A stretch of 64,000 nt of DNA from Haliotis rufescens (lineage: Eukaryota): assembly GCF_023055435.1 (NCBI RefSeq), contig NW_025964235.1, positions 1,178,001-1,242,000 on the forward strand. Reading direction: 5' to 3'. Within the stretch, counting starts at the first letter, position 1. Each line of letters starts with the position of its first letter. Both the position numbers and the translations under genes were made by a program. Positions 27,998-41,046 of the stretch are shown here, piece by piece. The notes beneath the pieces were generated by a model. The model made no database searches and was not told where the DNA came from. It saw nothing but the letters and a program-made list of their open reading frames with translations.

Positions 27998-29279
27998 CCA
28001 TAGCTTTATCCCAAGGCCACCCTCATCACATAGCTTCATCCTCAGTCCACCCCATGACAACTCAATGAGACTGTTTCTTATATCATGGCATATAGCACGT
28101 TAATGCAATAAATATAAAAAAATAAACTCCAACTGCTTGAACATTTACACCTTGACGATCAAGCGTCAGTTATATTCCTACAGCGTCTTTCTGGACATAA
28201 ACGAAGTTTCAGTGAAGTCTATGTGGGAGCCTCTATTCCATGTGTTACGCAGAGATATGTATTGACGTGAACTCCCTGTTCACCGCGGAACGACCGTCAA
28301 GAAATATGCTGCTGTTCAACTCGGGCGTCAGCTTATTTTCTTAAAGGGGACAACTGTTATTTCAAGCGTCCTATATCCTAGCGAGACAACACTCCTTCAA
28401 GTCTGCCATGGAGGGGTTGTATAGGTTGCCGAGTGGTCGATACGTTGGCATGCCCTGCCTGTGACCTGGGTTTGATTTCCATCATTGGAAAAACAGCGAC
28501 TCACTCACTCACTCACTCTGCCGAGGGGCAAGCTCCGCCTTATAGACCCTCACACCAACAACTCTGTTACTCAACCAAAGTGCACGTGATTGACAGGCCG
28601 TGTTGCCCACCTGTCGTGCAGCCATCGAGGCCGTGTATAAGTGACGATGGCATGTAAATGAGGGACTAGACTAGACTACGGCCTGTCATCAATCTCCACA
28701 ACATCATCACTGTGCAATAGCATGACACATTACCAGCATACCGCCGCGTTCTCACCCACAGTCACCAATACCTGATTGACACGGGTTGTAACACCCGTCA
28801 GCCGCTAACGAGCTGTTGTAAACTTGACTGCTAACTCGTAAAAGGTACTGTAGAATGCCTTTGAAATTCCGTACACACAAACACATATATTTGCACCTTA
28901 TATAGCACATGTGTTTATGTTGCCTCTGTTGTGTATTGATATCTCAGGGTTTGGGACTTGATTTGGTTATGAATTATTCAGATTCCGGTGGGCCGTGCCT
29001 GAGTTTGTTTACTTGGTGCAGTATGTTGATACGTTATGACGTACAGCAGGTATCATAAACCTTGAATCGACTGGCTAAATAAACTCTGTGCACTGGACAT
29101 TCCGGCACGGTGTATGTAGACAGGAATTTGTTGTGGTAGTCAGTTTAAACATGCAATAATTTCAAGCAGTCTGTACATGCCTTTGATCTAGGTCGTCGAA
29201 TGAAAGGGGAGATAACTGAGACAGATGAACATGTCCGCCGTGCGAGGCGGGCTGATGAATGCGCTCATGACGACATCGC

Positions 29280-29455
29280 AGCTGTTCAGGTAATTGATTC
29301 TGGCATCAATGGTTCACGAAGTGTTTATGAAATACTAAAGCTGGGTATATTTTTTAAGTACACTACGTGTGATATTGTCCGGATTCCAGCGCATGTTGGG
29401 CTGTATGGAAATGAGATGGCAGACCCAAAATCCAAATCTGGCTTGCAAAATCCTT
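29280..29455 (+). pseudogene. Relic RNase H domain of a non-LTR retrotransposon
   Basis: IVRIPAHVGLYGNEMADPKSKSG matches the W-[IV]-P-[AS]-H-x-G-x-x-G-N-E-x-A-D-x-x-A-K RNase H C-terminal motif. Confidence 0.75.
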
Positions 29456-29509
29456 ACGTAATAATATCTGATTTCAGACCCGAACCAAACGATTTCGACT
29501 TCATTTTAA

Positions 29510-29670
29510 TGAGTGAGAATGGTTTTACGCCTCTTTAGCAATATTCAAGCAATATAACGGCGGGGAACACCAGAAATGGGCTTCAAACATTGTACCCATG
29601 TGGGGAATCGAACCCGGGTCTTCGGCGTGACGAGCGAACGCTTTAACCACTGGGCTACCCCACCGCCCCG
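29510..29670 (-). mobile_element. SINE family A
   Basis: Near-identical to the reverse complement of the 52097 copy. Confidence 0.92.
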
Positions 29671-31467
29671 ACAGGAATATGAAAGAATCGGGTTCCCTTA
29701 ACTTCTTTTGAGTAGTATATACCGTACCCATCCAGGTGTTAATCAGGACTATATCACTGATATGTCCGAAGTTTCACTGCATCAATGGCTACTTGACGAG
29801 TAGCTAGACTTTTACCTCGACATGCTGAGTGGGTGGCCAAGTGGGCCGAGTGTTCGCTTATCCTGCTTACCTCTGAGTTTGTATACCCCACGTGGGAAAA
29901 TTTATATGGATTTGTTTCTGTCCTGGGAGAAGCCGTCGGACTGTTAAGGTGGGGACACTAATTTACTTATTCACTCAATTATGAAATTTGAGCAGCTAAT
30001 CAAGTTTCACATGGTATTCACATCCCGTTCAATGTTTGACCACGCTCTCTGCGCTGTTGGCGTCAAACAACCAACGTGTTTGATTGGCGTGCGTCACAAC
30101 TCGCATAGATGTTTATAATACAACAACACTGTTTGAACCGAATAAAAAATAACAAATGTATCATTGAAACGTGCATGATCCCAGCACAGTCAGCGGTTAT
30201 CGCTCCTCTCGTCGTGTTTCCAATTACATGTATTTTCGTGAACTTTCAAATACGTCGGGTGGACATGATTGGCGCGTTCGATGCTGAAGGGGAGGGTGGA
30301 GGACGCGCGCGTGTGTGTGTATCTGTGTGTGTGCGTTCGTATGTGTGTCTGTGTGTGTGTCGTATGTTCATAATTTAACCAGTGAAATACGTTACATTTT
30401 TATATAACCGAGGAAAACCATGCAGACAAAGCGTTTGCCTTGCCCCAAGTCGCTACTGAATGATAAATCCGCGGATGATCATTTCCACATAGACTTGTGC
30501 AAGTCTAGTCAACATGTTCTTGTATGTCAACAAGTTACGCTTCTCACGGGACAATGTTGCCGTTGTACAGTCCACAGCTTTAGATACCAGAGTGAGTGAG
30601 TATGGTTTTACGCCGCCTTTAGCTAACGCGCGAGGAAGGTATAAGTGTTTAGGTGCCACGACTGATATAATTCAATAACATGATAGTAACCGAAATGATA
30701 TAAATCGTAATCAAATATAATGAAAATGAAATATCGACGTTAATCGTTCGAGACAAGCGAACTACCGATGATAAACCATAACGCCCTTCATATCGTGGTG
30801 AAAGGGACATCGTCTCAAACGATAAGTACACTTTATGTATAACTCGACAAATAGCTATAAATAAACCTTTCCTTGAACTGAAAATGATGGTATCCATTGT
30901 TGTCAGTATATTCAATAACAAGTTGTTTGCCATCGCTCCTCGAAATGACAGATAGCGTTATGAAATAAATGCGCCCGTTATTTAAAAAAACCCTATCAAT
31001 TACTGGTGTCTGCGTATCGTGATTCCTTAAACTTCCTAAGTGCAGACAAAAGGTGGGGTTAGATCTTTCCCCCATTAGTCTATCGCAAGAGGCGGTTTAG
31101 TGTGGGCGTTGCTGATGATATCAATCACTGGTTTGTCTGTTTGAGACTCGACTGTTTACAGGCGGCCGTCATATTGCCAACATGAAACAAACAACATGTT
31201 ATTTAGGCCCAGTCACGCCTTTGACATGGGGTTCGGGGGAGTATGGACAGGGATGAGTGTTGTGACGTTGTCATAGTAACCATGAAGTGTTCATTCACAT
31301 TACTGAAGGTTTCGGTTGCTGCTGTCTCTACCGGAAGGAAATGTTAGACTAGAAAACGGATTACTGATAAATATATTCAAAAAATCACTGCGTAAACAGA
31401 ATGCGGAAGTGGTGTAATCACCACTATACTGTTATGCCTCATTCGTCACAGACCAGGGGTAACAAGC

Positions 31468-34097
31468 TATACTATGGTATATACCATGGATACCCTGGTA
31501 TATTCAATGGATGCACTGTTATATACTATGGATACCCTGTTATATGCTATGGATACCCTGTTATATACTATGGATACCCTATTATAGGCTCTGGATACCC
31601 TGGTATATTCAATGGATACCCTGTTATATTCTATTGATACCCTGTTATATGCTATGGATACCCTGTTATATGCTATGGATACCCTATTATAGGCTCTGGA
31701 TACCCTGGTATATTCAATGGATACCCTGTTATATACTATTAAACCTTTTATATGCTATGGATACCCTGTTATATACTATGGACACCCTGTTATATGCTAT
31801 GGATACCCTGGTATATGCTATGGATACCCTGCTATATACTATGGATACCCTGTTATATAATATGGATAACCTGCCATTTACTGGGAAAGATTTCACTAAT
31901 GATACCCTGCCATATATGATGAATATCCTGCTATATGTTATGGGTACCCAGCTATATACTATGGATATCCTGCTATATACTATGGATACCCTGATGTCTA
32001 CTATGGATACCCTGATATATACTACGGATACCCTGCTATATACTATGGATACCCTGTTCTATGCTATGGATACCCTGCTATATACTCTGGATTCCCTGCT
32101 ATATACTATGGATACCCTGATATATACTATGGATACCCTGCTATATACTATGGATACCCTGATGTCTACTATGGATACCCTGATATATACTACGGATACC
32201 CTGCTAGTTACTATGGATACCCTGCTATATGTTATGGATACCCTGCTATATACTCTTGATTCCATGCTATATACTATACACTGATATATAATATGGATAC
32301 GCTGATATATATACTACGGATACTCTGGTGTATACTGGGGATACCCTGCTATATACTATGGATGCCCTGACATTTACTGGGAAAGATTTCACTAATGATA
32401 TCCTGCCAAATATGATGAATATCCTGCTATATGCTATGGATACCCTGTTATATACCAACGGACACCCTGCTATACACAACGGACACCCTGTTATACACAA
32501 CGGACAACCTGCTTTACACAACGGACACCCTGTTATACACAACGGACACCCTGTTATACACAACGGACACCCTGTTATACACAACGGACACCCTGTTATA
32601 CACAACGGACAACCTGCTTTACACAACGGACACCCTGCTATACACAACGGACACCCTGTTATACACTACGGACACCCTGTTATACACTACGGACACCCTG
32701 TTATACACAACGGACACCCTGTTATACACAACAGACACCCTGTTATACACAACGGACACCCTGCTATACACAACGGACACCCTGTTATACACAACGGACA
32801 CCCTGTTATACACAACGGACAACCTGCTTTACACAACGGACACCCTGTTATACACAACGGACACCCTGCTATACACAACGGACACCCTGCTATACACAAC
32901 GGACACCCTGCTATACACAACGGACACCATGTTATACACTACGGACACCCTGTTATACACAACGGACACCCTGTTATACACAACGGACACCCTGTTATAC
33001 ACAACGGACACCCTGTTATACACAACGGACACCCTGTTATACACAACGGACACCATGTTATACACAACGGACACCCTGTTATACACTACGGACACCCTGC
33101 TATAAACAACGGACACCCTGCTATACACAACGGACACCCTGTTTTACACTACGGACAACCTGCTTTACACAACGGACACCCTGTTATACACAACGGACAC
33201 CCTGTTATACACAACGGACACCCTGTTATACACAACGGACACCCTGTTATACACTACGGACACCCTGCTATACACAACGGACACCCTGTTATACACAACG
33301 GACACCCTGTTATACACAACGGACAACCTGCTTTACACAACGGACACCCTGTTATACACAACGGACACCCTGTTATACACAACGGACACCCTGTTATACA
33401 CAACGGACACCCTGTTATACACTACGGACACCCTGTTATACACATTGGACACTCTGTTATACACAACGGACACCCTGTTATACACAACGGACACCCTGCT
33501 ATACACAACGGACACCCTGTTATACACAACGGACACCCTGTTATACACAACGGACAACCTGCTTTACACAACGGACACCCTGTTATACACAACGGACACC
33601 CTGTTATACACAACGGACACCCTGTTATACACAACGGACACCCTGTTATACACTACGGACACCCTGTTATACACATTGGACACTCTGTTATACACAACGG
33701 ACACCCTGTTATACACAACGGACACCCTGTTATACACAACGGACACCCTGTTATACACAACGGACACCCTGTTATACACTACGGACACCCTGTTATACAC
33801 AACGGACACCCTGTTATACACAACGGACACCCTGCTATACACAACGGACACCCTGCTATACACAACGGACACCCTGTTATACACAACGGACACCCTGTTA
33901 TACACAACGGACACCCTGTTATACACAACGGACACCCTGCTATACACAACGGACACCCTGTTATACACAACGGACACCCTGTTATACACTACGGACACCC
34001 TGCTATAAACAACGGACACCCTGCTATACACAACGGACACCCTGTTTTACACTACGGACACCCTGTTATACACAACGGACACCCTGCTACACACAAC
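31468..34097. repeat. Compound 21-bp minisatellite (CTATGGATACCCTGTTATATA changing to CAACGGACACCCTGTTATACA), intron 2 of Rho gene B
   Basis: Two related unit types with a switch near 32455; ends a few nt from the exon 2 donor. Confidence 0.97.
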
Positions 34098-34101
34098 CTA
34101 C

Positions 34102-34187
34102 CAGTCCAACTGTGTCCACCAGATTCAGGGAAACGGAAGTCCCCTCATATTCAAACTTGACCGGCTCCCGAGTCACGTGGGCAAACT
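34102..34187 (-). CDS. Atypical Rho-family GTPase gene B, exon 2
   Basis: Acceptor TATTTCAG|, 86 nt, (E)FAHVTREPVKFEYEGTSVSLNLVDTVGL, donor |GTAGGT. Phases 1 and 0 join exons 1 and 3 in frame. G3 motif is DTVGL. Confidence 0.88.
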
Positions 34188-34686
34188 CTGAAATACAGAT
34201 ATTTATACAATGACAAGTAGGATGAATTGCCAAACTGTCAATCAATGTGTCGCCTTCCAATAGCCGCGTCTGAAGAACGGGTCTAGCGGCCGTGAGACAG
34301 ACACACTCGTGACTCTCTCCAGATTAAGTCCAAAAAGGATATTCAATTATTTTCATTTATAGACAGTTTTTCGAGGCGATAAACAACCCTGATATATTGG
34401 TATATGAAAATATGAAAGAAATTAGATCACCTGTATTAAACTACCTTTAATACGCCCCATGTATGGATGCGGTAACTGCTCGCTCATACTTTTGCATGAC
34501 TTTTCATTAGGTTTAGAAAGAAGGTATTTCGCTGTGTGTGGGCGTGGCTGCATTCGCATGTGACACTGTATGATAAATTGGCTTGCATGCGCAGTTTCTA
34601 AAGTTAATTCAGTGAGTAATGTAACGCCTTAAATATTATAATTAAAAAATGACATTATATGACATTCAATTCTGTATTGTAAATAA

Positions 34687-35000
34687 CCGTCTCAGTGGTT
34701 TAGTGGAGAGAGCGTCTGCTCGGAGAGAGGAGATCCCTAGCCGCTTCTAGTCAAACCAAAAGATGGTACTTGTTGTTACACTACCTGGATATCGGCATTA
34801 AGGAGCAAAAACAAGGACAGGTCGGCTGGGAGTCAGTATTATGTGCCTGAGTGGGGTATTCATGTTAAAATGTGGCGTGGTATCTCCGTGGGCTGAGACT
34901 GGCATTAGTCCGGACTAGTGCAAGCGGCTTCGCACACATCCATACACGCCGCTCGCTATATAAGTTTAAGAACGTGACGTTACTCCCTATTTCATTTCAC
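34687..35000 (+). mobile_element. SINE family C copy
   Basis: Homologous to 57110-57465. Confidence 0.8.
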
Positions 35001-37135
35001 GGTAAATAGGACAATTAGGAACAAGTATAATTTGCATAAGGCTCGCATTTTGGACTTGTTCCTCATTTTATATTCCTACTTACCCCAACGATGTGTAAAC
35101 ATTAATCTCTTTATACATAACAATTACATAAAAGAAACATTTTCTTGTGAATAGAACCTGGATTATGTTTTAGATTTGTCAAGTTCCTAAATCCGAAGCC
35201 GAGAACAAGCTATAACGTGGCTAGGACTGTGGTTCTGTTTGTGTTACCAAATACTTTATTAAAGTTTCACACACACGTCTCATATTTCACTTAGAAATTA
35301 ACTGCCATTTCCTCGAAGTATGTCGGTAACAAGGCACCATTGTCCTTACAAAATGACATCCTGTTTTGCATATCGCCCTATCATTAAAAACTCAGGAATG
35401 CTTTGGGTCACGTGTTTATGTAATTGGCTCTATGTTCCGTGGTGCACGCGACAGTTTCCAGCTGGGTGCGAGTGCCACGCGCCACAGACAACCTAGGCCA
35501 GCCGTGTTTGGAAGATAAGGAGACGTCCCCCGATGTGTGGAGCTTCCTTTGCTGCAAGCCCCCACAACAGGTGGCCTTCGCCGGAAACAACTGTCGTCTG
35601 TTGTCACCCAAATTGGCGGGAATGCTATCAGATCGCTAAATGGAACGCTCTCTGTGTTATCCCTAATATTGATTGAGGTCGTCGGGTAATAAATTGTTAT
35701 CCAACAGGAAATCGTTTTCAATCTGCAGCTGCGTTAGATGACGCAACATGTGACAGGTAATTAGATGACAAGTGGCACCTCGGAATACACAAACAACAGA
35801 TGAACTTATTTACATCTTGTGTTGTCACTGAGCGATGATTTTAACGGAGTACAAGGAAATTCCGTATCTAATCTGTCAGCTTAATCTCATGATGATAAAT
35901 AAAGTTGTTTCCTGTTTTTAGAGGACTTTTTTTGATAATGCAACAAAAATATGTTGAATCAACACCTATTTACATTTGTCGAAACTCTTATCGTGTTACA
36001 TTCTGCTGTGCGTCAAGCCATGCATGTGTTAACAGACTTATCTGCCCTAGACACTGCTGTGATATGCACACCACATAATATGCCCATTATGTATGAACAA
36101 TATGACAGTTTGTTACAAAACCTGTTACTCATGCAGCGGGGTTTATCCGATTCGGTGTTATTAGGCCGTGTTACATGAGCTGGTCGACCAATAGCACTTC
36201 ACGCTATTAGCATTCCTATAGGCACAGAGGAAATACTAGGCAATGGTGGTCACACTTAGATCCAGTTGCTATGGGAAAGACCTGGTTCTCCACTGGTCAC
36301 GGATTGTCACCACGTGTAGGGTGTTATAATATATATTTCCTAAACATAAAACAATAGTAAAACATGCCACGTGGTATGCAGGATTAATGCAACATGTCAA
36401 CGAGTGCCTCGTTTGCAGCTGAACGATACAACGTGAGTGTTTTTGTACCTATAAACAATGGCTTTTCAACAAGTGACACTTTAACTTTTGACACAATCAA
36501 CAGCATAATGAATAAATCGTATATTTTAATAGGCAAGATGGGGCCGCCAGAGATCTATAGTGCAGACGTGTTAACGCAGATATAAAACTGCCATAAGATT
36601 ACGTAGATACAAATAAATCAATATAGAGGTGTTGTGATATTTATCAGTCAATACCTCCCCACATGGCCCTCCGACAAGCTGTGCCAGCCTTTATCCTACT
36701 TCACTAGCTTTGATCTTATTACTATTCACAATACGTCTGCAGTTGTACCTATATGCTAATGAATGTTTGCAGACGGGGAAGTTTATAAAGCGTTACATTT
36801 TTCTGACGGGATTTTTCTCCGCTGAGTTATTGATGCGTGTTTTGTATATAATTATGTGGACCTGTTTATGGCGTGTATCACGCTAGGCGCGGCTTCCTTA
36901 ATGACTGGTATACTTAAGAGAGCTTAACTCAGCATGTTTCTACTGCCTGTATATGTTGACAGAAAGGGTCAATTAATATTTTGTATGATAGTTTTAAGTA
37001 ATTACCTATCGATAGTACATATTTAACTATTAACTATACGACATTGTCAAAGGGGGCTTTGAATAATGATAAACGTTGAGGAAACATGTAGAAAGTAAGA
37101 TGGTTAAATCTTGAGAAAGAAGTGTAGAAACTTAC

Positions 37136-37271
37136 CGTTGTGCCAGTCCATAGATCCTGGGAGGTAGGACTCCGGGTATTTTCCTGTCAGAAAAGTAAGC
37201 ATGAGGCATGTTTTGCCCACTCCCCCGTCCCCCACCGCCGTGCACGTGACCGTGTACTGCTTGCCTGCCAT
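37136..37271 (-). CDS. Atypical Rho-family GTPase gene B, exon 1
   Basis: Manual translation MAGKQYTVTCTAVGDGGVGKTCLMLTFLTGKYPESYLPGSMDWHN with P-loop GDGGVGKT. Phase-1 donor G|GTAAGT at the same position as gene A. Not in the ORF track. Confidence 0.92.
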
Positions 37272-37475
37272 CCCCTCTGTCCGTGTCCCAGGCTAGCGTG
37301 TGAGTGACTGAGGCTTGTGCCGTGACGCAGTCTCGCGATACTCCCGGCGCTGGGCGGTGTGACGCGACTACAGTTGGGCTGCGAGATGGAGTTGGGGTCC
37401 AGGCAGAGAGTGTGTGTTGTCATACAGTGGGGCTAGGATCTGGGGAGTCTCGTCAGCTGTACTACCGTATGCCTT

Positions 37476-37482
37476 TTTTATA
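37476..37482 (-). promoter_or_regulatory. Candidate TATA box of Rho gene B
   Basis: Minus strand GGTTATAAAAAAGG about 205 nt upstream of the ATG. CCAAT motifs at about 37501 and 37607. Confidence 0.5.
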
Positions 37483-38309
37483 ACCACAGCTCAGCTGTTT
37501 CCAATAATCCTTTTATTGAGTTTTTAAGACCTTTGCTCATCCAACTAAACTTTTTGTTGAATCGATCCTCTATTAGAGTTCACAGAACCCATCTTTTGAG
37601 AATAACCAATCACCTTTGCTGGCAGAAACCACTTTTTTTTAAATAATCTTTTAAAATAAACAAGCGTTACCTTCACTAGATACGCTGTTTTCGGCTTTGA
37701 AATATGTGTCTCCTCACTCCTCACTGTTACAGGGTCTATATCTCATGATACATGGGTAATATGTTTCCGTGGTAAAGACGGTCGTGCGGGAGGCAGGGGT
37801 GGGTGGGTGGGGGATCTGTAGAGAGAGAGAGGGGGGGGGGGGGGGGGGGGGGGCAGTTGGATGATGATGGGGACACACGGTATCAACATCACCGAGCCGC
37901 ACACATCCACCAGAGTTTCCGTCGACGTCATCACCCACAGCGAGAAGGTTGAAGCTTTGGCGCGACTCGTTACAAATATTTGTTGTTGCCACAATGGGGA
38001 ATTGTTAGGCATGCATTACCATAACCCCTGTCTCCTCCTTCAACTGCTAATGGATATTGGGCAGCATTTCACCCGCACTTGTAGCTGTGTTTGAACAAAG
38101 GGGAAGGTTTAATGCATTGTACCCTTTTCGTGAGACAATTTGTACCAAGACGGGCGCTGAGTTTAATACGGAGACAAACACAACCAAGTGCCCTCTGTAA
38201 GATCTCACACAACGTCTATGTCCCCGGGATAAGCGGGGAGGCTTCTCACCACCCTCTCACTCGCAAACAACTGGATTAACATTCCAGTCACAGCACATAG
38301 AACAATGTT

Positions 38310-38313
<4 letters not shown>

Positions 38314-38376
<63 letters not shown>
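38314..38376. repeat. (CA)n microsatellite
   Basis: Direct inspection. Confidence 0.97.
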
Positions 38377-38377
<1 letters not shown>

Positions 38378-39286
38378 CGTGAATCACATCTACATGTATC
38401 CTGATTGAGATAGTACAGTATCGCCACTGATATCCATCCCAGTGTTTTTCAATAAAAACGACCACGCCCCCTTTTACAAGAAAGTGGTGTCAACACGAGG
38501 GACTGTGTTTGGTTGGTACACATGCGCCCTATTCAAGTTTATGACGCGAGTACCTGCGGCCTGGGAAAGTTGAACGAGTTGAAGAGTGTCGAGAGACATA
38601 CATACAGATACGCTGACAGAAAGAAACAGGTTGAAAAAAGTTTGTTTGTACACAACATGCGTGGGGAGAGGTTTTCCCAAAATAGATTCTGCAATATTCC
38701 TGATGGGAATGAGAGGCGAGGACAGCTTGTGAATGTCGCGAACCTTACTAAAACAATGCCTCTTAATGAGAGTTTGAAGAGGAAGGATGTCATTTATAAA
38801 CTGCTAAGCCGGTATAATGAGACGGAATGAAAGGCGATTTAATTTGAACGAAACGTCACAACACTGAATACGGCCCAGGAGATTAAAGTCGGCATGAAGG
38901 GATTATACGACGCTTACAACATAATATTGGCGGACATTGTCATACTCGGGTTAAGTACTCATACAGATCCTAAAATCCGTTTATGTCAGTTTTTATTGAA
39001 GTAATTATTTTGACCTAAGAGTTAAGTAGCGAGCGTAGGATAACTAAGCAGGGAGCCGAGCAGCATGTTGCTATACTGACATCTAAACACCATCATCCGT
39101 GTAAGCAGACTCTGTACCCTCATCTTGTTCTCATGTATACACTGTAGGGCGGAGTACCCCAGACACATCACAGCGGCAGGGAGGGGCGTAGATAGGCCCT
39201 AGAGAAGGCTAAGTCCAATACCGCTGCAAGACATGTGTTGGTAAAGATTGTAAACTGAATGAAACTAAGTGATGGCTTCATATTTG

Positions 39287-40935
39287 TCATCCCGCCGTGA
39301 TATACCTGTCATACCGTCGGGATATATGTCATGCCGTCATGATATATCTGTCATACCGTCGGGATATACCTGTTATACCGTCGTGATATATGTCATGCCG
39401 CCATGATATATCTGTCATACCGTCGTGATATACCTGTTATACCGTCGTGATATATGTCATGCCGTCATGATATATCTGTCATACCGTCGGGATATACCTG
39501 TTATACCGTCGTGATATATGTCATGCCGCCATGATATATCTGTCATACCGTCGTGATATACCTGTTATACCGTCGTGATATATGTCATGCCGTCATGATA
39601 TATCTGTCATACCGTCGTGATATACCTGTCATACAGCCATGATATACCTGTCATACAGCCGTGATATATCTGTCATACCGTCGCGATATATTTGTCATAC
39701 CGCCGTGATATACCTGTCATACAGCCGTGATATATCTGTCATACCGTCGTGATATATCTGTCATACCGTCGTGATATATCTGTCATACTGTCGTGATATA
39801 TATGTCATACCGTCGTGATATACCTGTCATACCGTCGTGATATACCTGTCATACAGCCATGATATACCTGTCATACAGCCGTGATATATCTGTCATACCG
39901 TCGTGATATACCTGTCATACAGCCATGATATATCTGTCATACCGTCGTGGTATATATCTGTCATACCGTCGTGATATACCTGTCATACCGTCGTGGTTTA
40001 TATCTGTCATACCGTCGTGATATAACTGTCATACCGTCGTGATATACCTGTCATACAGCCATGATTTACCTGTCATACAGCCGTGATATATGTCATACAG
40101 CCATGATATACCTGTCATACTGTCGTGATATATCTGTCATACCGTCGTGATATACCTGTCATACCGTCGTGATATACCTGTCATACAGCCATGATATACC
40201 TGTCATACCGCCGTGATATTTCTGTCATACCTTCGTGATATACCTCTCATACATTCGTGATATACCTGCCATACCGTCGTGATATACCTGTCATACCGCC
40301 GTGATATACCTGTCATACAACTGTGATATACCTGTCATACCGTTGTGATATATCTCTCATACCGCCGTGCTATATCCTTCGGACAGTCGTGGTATACCTG
40401 TCATACAACCATGATATAACTGTCATACCACCGTGATATATGTGTCATACCGCTGTGAAATATCTGTCGGACACCTGTGATATGAACACCCAATGCCATT
40501 TCAAAAGTGGTCAAATGTAACAAATGTTATATTTGGGATAACACTTTGTAAGTAAAGTACAGATTCTAGTACTGTTTTTGGTTGAGTCCCGTCTAGGATT
40601 CGAACCCTAACTGCCAGACTAGTGAGGCACCTAATCGCCAGCACACAAAGCCAGCGATCTAACCCACTCAGGCGATTACCACCAACTAATCTGTGGTTAG
40701 GTGCCTCACTCTGGCTGTGTTGGTTCGAATCCCGGCCGGGACTCAACCCAAAACAGGTACGAGAATCTGTACTTTACTAAGTGTTGTCCCAAATATAACA
40801 TTTGTTACAGCTGTGGTATTTTTGTCATACCGTCGTGATGGAACTATCGGACGGTCGTGCTATATCTGTCATACCGCTGTAATATATATCAGTCCTGCTA
40901 TATCTATCATACCGTCGTATCTGTCCCTGATATAT
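39287..40935. repeat. Minisatellite, 22-bp unit GATATACCTGTCATACCGTCGT, interrupted at about 40490-40810 by an insertion
   Basis: Direct inspection; degenerate units resume after 40810. Confidence 0.95.
40516..40809. mobile_element. Foldback element with two inverted tRNA-B-box-containing arms
   Basis: TGTAACAAATGTTATATTTGGGA ... TCCCAAATATAACATTTGTTACA, with GGATTCGAACC / GGTTCGAATCC in the arms. Related pieces at 60300-60560 and 60900-61130. Confidence 0.75.
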
Positions 40936-41046
40936 TAGTCATGTCTCTCAAATGCAGGTGATGACTGTAACACAACACAGGTCGTTCACTCATCACGTGT
41001 AAAGAACAAATACAGAAGGCAGAAACCCTTCATGGTTTAATCATAG

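Noticed and set aside
7928-28060. Long repetitive ORFs at 7.9-9.3, 15.8-17.1, 21.5-23, 23.4-24.6 and 26.7-28 kb
   Set aside because: All coincide with tandem arrays. The WSSWTPWSS (TSP1-like) motif at about 24590 lacks the following cysteines and is probably chance.
32328-34160. 610-aa His-rich ORF (NGHPVIH)n resembling a metal-binding structural protein
   Set aside because: Translation of a stop-free 21-bp minisatellite, antisense within Rho-B intron 2 and overlapping exon 2. No signal peptide or unique domain.
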